A program made the position numbers and the translations under genes. Below, piece by piece: positions 14,001-25,192 of a stretch of DNA of 64,000 nucleotides. Position 1 is the stretch's first letter; each line of letters begins with the position of its first letter. A model generated the notes under the pieces. That model saw only the letters and a list, made by a program, of their open reading frames with translations. It did no database searches and was not told the origin of the DNA. The stretch comes from Styela clava (Eukaryota). The stretch is from assembly GCF_964204865.1 (NCBI RefSeq), contig NC_135261.1:19778001-19842000 (forward strand), written 5' to 3'.

Positions 14001-17000
14001 ACATTAAATGGTAAAAGATTTGGACACGCTACATATATATAACACCATGCAGTAGGCTACGTCATTCAACAGCAAAATAAATGGGACAAGATGGAATAAA
14101 ATGTTTCAATATTTAAAGATAATATTAATAAGTTTTACCTACTCGGGTCTTGTCGACCTGAGACAATCAAAATATTTATCCAATTTTGTTCGCCTATTGT
14201 ACATTTTTTTTGTGTAACGGAACTGAAACCTATGGGCAGGGTGTATATTTACTTGGATAACACAGACAGTCTCCGAATTCGTTATAAAACTAAAAAACGG
14301 AAAATCGTAATAAAATTATGCCATAACCCTTATCTGATAGCCTACACATATATATACTATACGGGAGTAACCTGTAAGATACCATACTTCAACGTTTTCC
14401 AACCGGAGTGGAATTACGCCGTTTTGGACGAGTAATTTTGTTTTATATTTGCTGTCGTATTACTAATATTTTTATCTTTTATTTTTTTTTACTAAAATAC
14501 CCTACTTATTCATATGAACACTTGATAAATTACTTAAACTATACAAAAACGAGAGTGCGACTTGCACATAAAACTAGCAAGCTAACATCCATCAATTAAA
14601 GATTGAACAAATAAAGTAAATTTATGCATAGTGAGAAAGGATTAAATAGTCCTAAAATAGGCAAAGTACGAATTTAACTTCAAATTCGGAACCACTGTCA
14701 TACTTAAACGTAGATCAAAACTTGTTTTATACCTTTAGGTCTTTGACATGTTGGAGAGCTTCCAGACCATCTTCCGTTTTCTTGACACGTTCGTTGCGAG
14801 TTGCCGATCAGTTTAAACGGTTTTCTACACTCATATGTAACGGTACTCCCTGTCTTAAATGTCCAATCACTTGCAGTAAGAGTACCGTCCTGTATGTCCT
14901 GAGGACGGGTACAAGTTTTTTTCATTGGTTGCATAGCTTGTCTTTCTAAAACATAATGTAAAAATCGTAATTTTAAAGAAAGAAACATATTGAAAGATCT
15001 CATATTTTAAAGAATCATATTGAGAAAATATAAATTATATTTTTTAGCGGAACATGTACACTTACTCTCGCATCGTGGCTGAGTTCCAGACCACCGTCCG
15101 TTATCTCCACAAGTTCTTTGCTCATTCCCCATTAACTTATAACCTCTTATGCACTGATATGTCACGACATTGCCTCGAACGTAACTTTGTTGATCAGATA
15201 ATAGTTTGCCATTTGTTAAACCGGTAGGCCGCTCACAACCTTTGCCTGCAATTTGAGATTTAACTTATGGAAGTATAGTTTATGTTAAACTTTATTGCCT
15301 ACATGCTTTACACCTTCCAATTTATCATAAACGAACTTAGCGCCACGCAACAGTTAAAGTACGGTATTTAAGTATGTAACAACTTTGTTAGAGTATACTG
15401 CTGAAAAAAATATTTGCTGTTATTTTTGCAAATAATTTGACTTCGGAGTCAAGACTGGTTTGTTAAATAATTCCAAGGTCTTCAAATTACAACCCAATCG
15501 AAATTTACTGTTGTTTTGCGTCAGGATATTTTTTCGGCAAAGTCTACACCAATGAAGCATTTGTTTGTTACCAAGCCTATAAAGCTAAAATAGCTTACTC
15601 TGACAAAATGTTCCATCGCCGGTGTATCCATCTCTACATTTGCAATCGTACTTCTTGTCTGTTATTCTGACGCAATCGGCATGTTTGTGACATCGATGAT
15701 GATTTCGTTTTTCACATTCGTCTCTTGGTCGTTCTAAATGATAAAGGTTCTGTAATCGCGGGGCTGGTTGCGAGACAAAGTCACTAAGTGGGACTAGACG
15801 TGCTGTAACAACCGAATGTAAGCATATATTTTAGGTTTAATTTGGTGGCAACAACACAGCGCGGCACTAAGTATACTAACGAAAATGCCTGGGGCTTAGC
15901 TCTGAACCAATTAGAGTTTTATCCAAACCAAAAAATGTTATACGGTGGTGAGTTTATTTATTTGAGTCGTGATGTTTTTATTTTCGAGTCAAGATATATA
16001 AACAATTCCATAAGATTCATCGCCTCACGTGAGGTTCGGTTTTTCACGCCATATTTTGACACTTACGATGGCAATTATACCCGTCTCCATCATATCCTGG
16101 CGAACAGTAGCAACGTGGTTTTTTATCTTCTTGTCTTCTTTCGCACTGTGCCCATCTATGGCAGTGTTTTCCGTGTTCTCGTTCGCAGTCAGTTGCTTCT
16201 GTATGTTGACATTTTTATCAAAATTAGAATTATATTTTAAAATTGCTTTCCCGATTTCGATACCAAAAAAGGGTGATTATCATTTGGCTACAGAAAGTAC
16301 ATACAGACAAAAAAACTCCGACATTTTAAATACTTACTATATGACAATGCTGTTACATCTATTCTTCTTATTTTAGTTTAATTTATGTTGATAATGTACT
16401 GCCATTTTGTTTTTAGTTATCTACAGATTTCAATAGCGAGAGATTTATTACAAATTTTAGAAAATTTTTTGATGCCTAAATATTGCTTGGACAGGTAAGC
16501 GCCGTGCATTTATTATGGAATATTTTTACACTAACAAAGAATCTGTAGCCAAAATGCTTTTGTTTATGATATTCTAATTACCAGTGAATAAGCTCACTTT
16601 AACTTATTTGGTGTATTGATATAGTTGGCACAAAGTAACCCCAGAGAAGTACATCAAACGCCTCTTCCTTGCGAACGAGTAACAGTGTGGTTGAAGTTGG
16701 AGTCCTTACTTTTTGAGCAAGAGGAAAACGCGGTTGCGATTACTTCAGCTCGTTATGTGCAGATGCTGCGTGATGTTTTGCAAGGACCCTTGCTGACGCA
16801 ATTGATTTCTATGAATGTTTATATGCGATGGCCATCACGTTTGATCTTTCACTTAGTAATTATTTTCTGTGAGGTTGTCTCAAGGTTTAGGACGCACCGA
16901 CCAAGACCTGAAGCTTTGACGGGCTGAAGCTGCGTTCTTTACAAAAAATAGTTTAAAAAATGACAATCATGAGCCTTGTTAAAATGTGACAGATATTTTT

Positions 17001-18516
17001 GCCTCACCCTGTACGTACTGCAAATAGGGTGATAGAAATATTACAATTTTGTTTCCTTGAGAAAAATACAAATAATAATTTACTTTCACATCTTGGGTGT
17101 GTTCCGGACCATTGGGCACTGGGCAGGCAAGTTCGTTCTGAATCTCCTACTAATCTCAATCCCTCGTTGCACCTGTACGAAACCCTGCTGTTGATCCCAT
17201 AGTTTCCACCGCCGGACATTGTACCTTGCTCAAGATTTTGTGGTCTTTGGCATTTTCTCCCGCCGCCTGTTCGTCCCTGAGTGCCTGAATAAATAAGAGT
17301 TTTGATCAAGTTATTTCAATTGACGAATAAATAAGTTAGACGACCGCAATTTGCATTCACATAAGTTGAAGTTTTTGTGTAGTTTAGTTTTTCGATATTA
17401 TGACTATTTGCTTGCGCTGAACATCAAGATTAATAAAAAACGGACCTACGCATTGAGGAGGAGTTCCTGACCATTGACCATGTTGCTGGCAAGTGCGTTT
17501 ATCATTTCCCTGCAGTTTGTATTGACCATGACATTCATACGTTATCACTGTCCCCGATTTCAGTGATCCGTCACTTAATCTATAACTTCCATGCTCTATG
17601 TTACCAGGTTGGCTGCACTTCCCTCCTTGACCTCCTTGTTGGTTTTCAACTTAATGAATTAGTATGTGGTGACATGCATTCTTTTAATATTAAAAACAAA
17701 TTAAAATATAGATGTATGTGTTTTATTACTTTCTTGAATGAAAGGAATATTTGCTCAGAACTGCACGTAGCTTAGGGATTTCATACGAATTACATATAAA
17801 GTGCATATTTTTTACGCAAACCCGTATATATATATATATATATATGACCTTCTTACTATTTGCCAAATGTGCTAACGACATCGCAGTTTTCGACACACCA
17901 TAAAAGCTTGTTTCAAATTGCTGTCAATAAATTCAACATACTGTTATCGCGATGACAGTTTTGTCCATCTCCGCGGAAGCCAGGTGAACAATAACATCGA
18001 GGTCGAGGATCTTCTTGTCTCCTTTCACATTGGGCCCATTTATGACAATGTTGACCTCGTTCTCTTGCGCATTCGTCAGCTTCTATGGAGAAAAAAAAAA
18101 CATTTGATGAGTGAAGTTTGTTGATTCTCCACGTGAATAACATAATAAATGAAATAAGTTGTGCCGTAGTCTCTTTTTCCACCCATTAGCGTACCGTTGT
18201 ATTATTTAAGGTTGTCTCGTCTCTGTATGTCTCTGTATATCTGTATGTAATGTTTGCTGTATAATTTGCAGTGACCCTTCACATTTCGGAATTGCTTCTT
18301 AAATCTGGTATTACACTTTTCTGAATGATCTCGAAATACTACGATATTTATCAATGTACTTTTGAGAGTAAATTCTATGCAAATATAACGAAACGACTCA
18401 TTTTTCTGAATTACCCTAAATAGTATAATCATTTTTCACTTACGTGCCGAAGCGTCTTGGAATGTTATAGCAAGATGCAGCAGTAAGCAAAGCAATGACG
18501 ATCCACAAAGTTGCAT
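11092..18516 (-). CDS. Secreted mosaic protein SP-EGF-CCP-CCP-EGF-EGF-CCP-CCP-CCP-CCP-EGF-TIL; exons 18444-18516, 17942-18082, 17446-17649, 17084-17284, 16067-16198, 15599-15733, 15066-15245, 14733-14945, (14143-14157 possible micro-exon), 13352-13543, 11968-12159, 11620-11748, 11092-11273
   Basis: All introns are phase 1 GT-AG, one domain per exon. Signal MQLCGSSLLCLLLHLAITFQDASA; six Sushi exons (C..P...G/A...V.Y.C...L.G....TC...G.WSG..P.C); four EGF exons (CH..A.C...C.C...GDG..C); terminal 10-Cys TIL exon CEGGQVYNNCASKCPATCDNPSPVCDKSCDQSNKCQCPQGKVLKSSSEKTCVDLTQCRK-stop. Confidence 0.9.
11357..11566 (+). mobile_element. MITE-like repeat with central GGGTTAGGGTTAG, copy 1 (intronic)
   Basis: catttgaaccc subrepeats inverted to gggttcaaatg; ends ggtgac.../...gtaatggaacc. 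Homologous to 23229-23383 and 48552-48753. Confidence 0.8.
12700..13207 (+). mobile_element. Internally deleted hAT (SPIN/GTF2IRD2-like) transposon, intronic
   Basis: Fragments MSSKRKL..., CLICQQVVSVIKEYNLKRHF (zinc-finger region) and DFALKILSMFKSTYIC (hATC), with a right end tgtggccccc...ttggac. Confidence 0.75.
13627..13972. mobile_element. hAT-type MITE, intronic
   Basis: Degenerate termini (gcaacctgcgaccc...tgcggccc; gtggcccgcgg...gttgcacacccgtg). Confidence 0.5.
16610..16900 (+). mobile_element. Tc1/mariner (DD41D/rosa-like) transposase fragment, intronic
   Basis: WAQSNPREVHQTPLPCERVTVW, PYFFEQEENAVAITSARYVQML and WPSR..DLS...YFL*GCLK match the conserved W..NP/PLH..VTVW, GPYFF and WPPRSPDL..DFFLWG motifs. 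Deleted and frameshifted. Confidence 0.75.
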
Positions 18517-18577
18517 TTCTACGATTGAAATTCAGGTTTTTCATACAGCTCAAAAGTACGCAATATAAATTGCTCAA

Positions 18578-18587
18578 GTTTATATAG
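18578..18587 (-). promoter_or_regulatory. Candidate TATA box of the EGF/CCP/TIL gene
   Basis: TATATAAA on the minus strand ~65 bp upstream of the signal-peptide ATG. Confidence 0.4.
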
Positions 18588-20546
18588 CTAAGCGACGTCT
18601 GAGTTTTTAAGTTCAAATGCCAATGACTAGGTTGCCTCTGGCTGCAAAAAAAACTTGCTGCTTGCTAATCGTGTAGAATAAAATTCAACTATAATAAATG
18701 CTTGGACAAAATTTGTTAAATTTCTATCGAGAAAATATTCGTACTCATCAATTATCATGCGATTAACAACATTTTTTTTCGGATGGTTAGCATTATAAGT
18801 ACGCACATCATTACTTATCTAGAATCTCGCAAACGCTGCACACATTTACGCATGTACGCGTATTTGACGTTGATTGGATGATGTGTTTCAACCATAATCG
18901 TATTTTTTCCTACAGTAAAGTCTATAGAACAAAGTTTGAAATTCTGTAAAATTAACTTCTGTTAACGCAGAGTTATTGACTATTTTGCATGCCTATGCAT
19001 CAATTTGAAATACTGTAGGCCTACAGTACTACAATATCATGAACAACGAGGGGTTGATTGGGCGGAAAGTTTAACTTCGTTTTATTTACATGCAAATATA
19101 CTTGAACTTGTACAATTGTGGCGAATAGGTGTCGATTTAAAAATGAAAGACTAAGCGATATTCTGTAGTTTCACATTTTTGATCATTTTTTTTTTCTAAA
19201 ATGACGTACATCATAGTCACTAGACCCACTGTTTTATCAATCATGAGCTACATACCAAATTTGACGCTGTACAACTGTCACAATTTGTGACGTTTTGAAA
19301 AAGTTATGAATAAACATTGCGTATATTACTACCTTATTGCATATTAGATGATTTTGGTGGTTTACTGGTTTTGTGCTTTTTGTTGAACACCAAGCGAGGT
19401 CTGATCACATCTGATTGCGTCAAAACTAAAAAAAAATCCATAATACTTAAAGTCACAACACTTAATGCTAATGAAGACAGCTCAGTAAATACCTACCGGC
19501 ATATACTATATCGCAGTTTGGTCGCAAAATCTGCGTCATTATAGCCATCGGCGTAATTTATATATATCTATATAAAAACCATTTGGATATATTACACCTC
19601 TGGTATTTTGTACATGTACTGATGACGTACCAATTTGGGAAAATTTACGTTAATGACGCGGGTGTCCTGGATTATAATATTATTTATCCGTCATTAAACT
19701 GCGTATTGCGTTCTGATAAGGTTATGAACATTATGAATGGATAAGGTAATTATAGACATTATGTTATTCAGACACATCGTTATTCGCACATCGTAAGCGA
19801 TTTCAAGATCCGATACGATTGTCAAAATTGCGCCTAAATCATGCTGTAAGTATGACCAATCAAGTATATGCACAAGGCCGTAAAACATCTACAATAATAG
19901 CTCCCAGCCAGGGCTAGATTCAAATGATATAAGTGCCAGCTGGGCCAGGGGTGCACAACTAAAAAGGGGATACGTGCCCATTTTAGTTTACAAAATAATC
20001 TATTAGAGTGTCACGCTACGTTCAAATATTTGTTGGTGTTGAAAACGAACTTTCGTAAAACACATGGAAAAATACTTCAATAAAATCGTAATAACGAATA
20101 ATCCTTTGCCGAAACAATATGATCCCCTAACAAACTACTGATTAAAGGCGTTTTTGATGGACCAAATTTGAAATGTTGGACTACAAAGAATCGCTGAATT
20201 CAAATACTAGGCATGCGCCAATATACCCTCCAAGTTTATTGCGATTTGCACAATAATTTTTCAATAGAAAAAGCACGTTTATCGACATAAACGCTCTATA
20301 CTGCACCTAGCTTACTTACTGATTCCCAGCTACCAACCTCTGATAACAAGGCCACGAGCTAGATATGTTGCGTGAATAAGCATGTTGATTTAAGTATATG
20401 AGGTATGTATTATAAATACAATAATTACTTTTCACCAAACCATTCTCGTACAACATTCGTGCTCATGGCATGTCCCATTGAGCACGCGCGCCCCCTGTTG
20501 TGCGCCCCTACACTAGAGGCCAGCCTTAGCCTATGCCATTCGCGAG

Positions 20547-21431
20547 CAGGGTTGCCATATCCCAGTGATAAAAAAATAAGGTCAGGACACAAAAAAACGA
20601 AAAAAAACGACAATTTTACTATGTACAAAAGTGCCCCATGTTTTGTCAGATTTAAAACTCTTGGCACAATAGTGGATTTGCGCAGTGTACAATATGCCGA
20701 TTTAAAGCCAGCAGTTTATTTAGTGAGCCACACAAAAGCCTTTTTCCATTTCGGTTGCTATCAAGATGATTTCCACTTCAGCATGATGCGGGGTTTAAAA
20801 GTGAGAAGTAATTATCACTAATAAATGTCAGAACCAGATTATGTTCATCCAGACTTGTCCATGGGACATATTTTTCTGCCCGATTCGAATCCCATCCCAT
20901 AGAAATTATGCCTGTCCCATCCCATTCCATGCGATTCCCGTTGGGATAAAATTCAATAAAAAGTGTTAAACATGTACGAAGAGACATGCAAAACAGCAAA
21001 ATTTACGGACTCTGTTAACTTTATATTCATAACTATTATACATGTGTTTGTTCATCAGCTCCTTCACGAAGTATATTGTTAATGCTGAATATATTTTGCT
21101 CTTTATAACTAACAAGAGAGCTGTACTCAAATATATGGACACAAAGTTCATAACAAATTGTTTTACCATCATTTCCACGAAAATCATAGAATTTTCGTGA
21201 TCCATGGGAAATACAAATGTGTGCTGTCCTATCCCATGGACAAGCCTGTGTTCATCACAGCGTTCGCGAGACTAAATTTTAATTACTGCAACGTTGCTCA
21301 CTAAATATTGTGTTTCATATAATTTTAATAATAGACATCAAAAAGCCCAAACGGAAATTTTGACGCCAAACGTGTTTTAAAAAAGATAAAATTGTTAAAT
21401 TTGACTTTGAAAATCCAATATGGCAACCCTG
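20547..21431. mobile_element. hAT MITE (outer element of a nest)
   Basis: 14-bp TIR CAGGGTTGCCATAT / ATATGGCAACCCTG; 8-bp TSD ttcgcgag / ttcacgag. Confidence 0.85.
20850..21248 (+). mobile_element. hAT MITE family B, copy 1 (nested)
   Basis: TIR cagacttgtcca / tggacaagcctg; perfect 8-bp TSD tgttcatc; homologous to 46347-46782. Confidence 0.9.
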
Positions 21432-23228
21432 TTCACGAGGCCTCGGTTTAACAAGGACGCCATAAGCATCGGCGGAATCACAATGACGTCGTATCATAAC
21501 GGTGATGTATTATGACAGGGATAGCAAACCATTAACCCATGAATCAAAAGGTGACCCACTGTCTTTTTTCATTGACTCACCCACCAAGTTGCGAATTGAC
21601 GCAAAAATCATATATACTAACATTTAAGTGATAAAAATTGATATTAAAATAAACCCGGCCTAGTACGCAAACTACTACAGCAGTGGTTTCAACCAGTGGT
21701 GGCACGTGGCCATCCAAGAAAGTTAGGAGCAGTTGGAAGAGACCACAATGCTAGGCGCAAAACTGGTCACTTTTCCCTATGCAAAAAACTCCTCGTTCTT
21801 CCTAGTATCATTGCTTGATAAGGTTATTTCCCAGGGTGTTTCCACTTGTTTTTGAGAATGAATTTTTTTTTTTAACATACTGGAATTTGGGATCTACCAA
21901 ATAAAATAACACTATAAATACTACTGTAATGATAAACAAGGGGGCCATGAGTGCTAAAGGCCTCCGGAAGAAGGCCGCGCGCCATAAAAGAATGGGAACC
22001 ACTAAACTACAGCATACCGGTATGCTGCTTCTTGCCACAATGCTGTTACAACGTGTAAATGTAACAATACAATTGATCTGTTGACTTCATGCAATTTGTG
22101 TTGCTACAGTGTATTTCGGGGGTGCAGGAAATTTTGGAGGCAATATAATGTTTTTTATGGCATTGGAAAGCTTGATGCTACTTCGCAATTTATGCTGCAC
22201 CCGCATACAAAGCTGTTTGGGAAAGAGGAAACATTATTTTTTTTTTTTGGAATTTAATTGACGACAACAAAAATCCGATATAACATTGGAGCAGGACTTA
22301 ATGTGATTGAAAGTCGAACTAAAAATATAATTCACTCAAATATTTGACGTCGCATTATAAACGTTTACTATAATCAATATGCATGCGAATCCGTGTTTCC
22401 GATCATGAATTTTATAGAAATCGATTAGGTGAAATCGTCTCAGTCCCGCTATAGTGGGTGCATGTGTTAAGCTTATATTACACAATACCAACCAAGGATT
22501 ATCAGACTTTCAGAATGCAAGATGCAGATGCAGATGCAACAGAAAGTTTGTTATTGGTGTATATATACTGATTAAATATCTATGACTAACTTCTTCTTTT
22601 CAATAATAAAAATATAATTTTTCACTCATTCATCAAAAAAGATTCGCCATCCCTATATAATGGCGTAATCGTAATAAATAAATTTTGAAATGCGTAAAAT
22701 ACGAAATTTTAGTTACAGGCAAAATACCTATTCTGAATACTCAAGTAGATTGGATAGTGGGTTTAATTAAAAAAAACATCTTGAAAAACTCAAGACTATA
22801 AGAAAATGCCGTGGCACCCTAACAATTCTTAGATTCGTTCTATTTCCCGATAGTTTCTAAATGGTTTTCTAAGATAAAGGCAATATTAGGGTCAAACCTG
22901 GTCCATTAAATATAATTAGTATATTTTGTTTTTTAATTTAAAGGGCTAGAGTTTTTGAATTTAGACAAATTAATATATTCGACTGTAAACGGTAAATATT
23001 TGTGACAAGAATTATTAACCCGAATAAAAAATTAAACGAATGTTAGTTTTATTAAACCAACAGGTACACTCTCTCGAAATCCTACGCACGATCGTTGTTG
23101 AACAAAATTCATTGTGTGATCAATCATCCGGAGCACTTGTCATCGTCAGCTGGCCGAGCCGATTTTACAACGACCTGCCGGCTTGCTCTGCCTTACTTTT
23201 TGTTTCCTGTGTTTTTGAATTTGAATCG

Positions 23229-23383
23229 GGGACCGTACATTTGAACCCATGTGTATATCCGCGGGTTCAATCTATAAGCGGTTGCTAAAACCCATGGGTT
23301 AGGGTTAGTATGGGTTCAAATATCCGTAAAACAAAAAAAATTTCCATAGGTGCAATTGTCGTGGGTTCAAATGTAATGGAACC
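23229..23383 (+). mobile_element. MITE-like repeat with GGGTTAGGGTTAG, copy 2
   Basis: Same body and ...gggttcaaatgtaatggaacc end as copy 1. Confidence 0.8.
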
Positions 23384-25192
23384 TTTGAATCACGTAACAG
23401 TAATCTATTGATACATGAGATACCCAAGCTACGTTTTGTAACTACCCGTGTAACAGCAACAGACAGTGGAATGAGTGATTTGCCAAAAATTACAATTGAT
23501 GTCTTATTATCGTTATTGCTTTAGATTAATTAATACGGTAATATATTTTCGATACCAGTTCGTATGTACACTATAGCTGTCTTCCAGTGAAGTAGTTTCT
23601 GTTTTCATCAAAATAGGCATATATGGCTATCAACTTTTTACCGTTGCAGTTTGCAGGATCGTGTAGCTAGTCTCTTATAATAACGGAATTTTTCACGAGG
23701 TAAGCAAACACCAAAGCGAGAATAGTTCAACTAAAATCCCTGTTAAGAACAGACCCGACTGATAACGATGGAGATTTTTAGCATCGTTAGCTTACAAAGC
23801 TCCAGAGTGAAGAAGTCAATTTCTTGAGAATACGAGAAGTCTGATTTGAAGCGAAAAAAACTTTTTCGAAAAATTTCCCTCAAATATTCACGATATTTTA
23901 TGAGTGCCAATGTCTCGTTATACGACAAAGTTGATGCTTTACTAAAACGTCAAATATAAACGAAGTTTGGCAAATGGACCACAGAATTGAATGCTGAGGC
24001 CCCTTGGCTTCGGCCTACCTTACCTAACGATAAAGCTGGCCCTGTTTCCAGCTCATATTTGCTATTCTCGCGTCCCGTCCTTCACACGCGAGACCAAGTC
24101 GGTCACGTGTATCAATTGCTGTAATGGCGGATAAAAAGCGAACATATAGTTTAAGACACTATTGTATGAATAGAGAGGATTATACCTGATTTGAAGAAAT
24201 TGCAAAGCAACAATAAAGGCCGGGATAAGATATATTTAAGAACTACAAATAATATATATATCAATATATATATATTTTTGAAACTTATTTTGCAGAAAAT
24301 TGCTATCATTCGAGTTGCATTTTCACTTTGTTTGAGAATATATACTATGCAATGAAAGTCTTTTTTAATCAAACATGTTCGTTTTTGACGTTCATTGAAT
24401 CTCCAGTCTCCAGTGCTTAGCCAAGATTAGGAATTTGCATTTTGTAATGCGCTTTTGTGTGTGCGTTATTATATTATTCCGATAAATGACTATAGCAGTA
24501 ACTGTTAATATAAAATCAGATAATTGTGAAACAGGCTGTAAATTGGCATTCAGGCGACGCGGATGTTTTTGAAAAAGTATGCGTATTGAGACGTCTTTAG
24601 TGCAGAAATATATTTGCAAAACTGTTTTGATAACTATACCGGCCTCTTTACCTCAAAAATAATCAAGAATCGCTTATTCAACACTTTTATTGCAGTCATA
24701 CTAGTAACTATAGTCACTTTATTCAATAGCACATAGAACATAAACCTTGAATCAACAACATTTTTGCTTGCAAACTTTGTATACTTCAAAACTATTGCAT
24801 TTCTTTTATTATTAGCGATCTTGGTGTATTTCATTGTTAGAAACCTTCTCCTTTATATAGATTTACATTATATTATTTTGTTGAGCGTTAACATACAAAC
24901 TAATCGCAATTTCTGTGATGATCTAGTTGATTCACATTTGATTAAACTTACAGCGGCAATATACAATAAAATAGTATGAAGATATAAATCTGCAATTCGA
25001 TGTAAACTCTTTTTCTTAATCTGGTTGACCTCTTACCATTTCTAATATATTCTTCTGATTCATCCTGATTTTACTTTATTTTGAATCATTTCGCGTAGAT
25101 TACCTCAATTACAAAATATATATAAGAAATTTCAATTTAAATTTTTGCGAACAATTTTCCAACAAAATGCAATTTCTTCCCAACGTTTCGAC

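Noticed and set aside
18444-18470. YNIPRRFG as an RFamide neuropeptide
   Set aside because: The Gly is followed by Thr rather than a basic site or the C-terminus, and the frame is probably incidental.
20778-21205. Similar ORFs here and at 46472-46840 as a duplicated gene
   Set aside because: Both lie inside copies of the same MITE with TIRs and TSDs, and the frames are not conserved.
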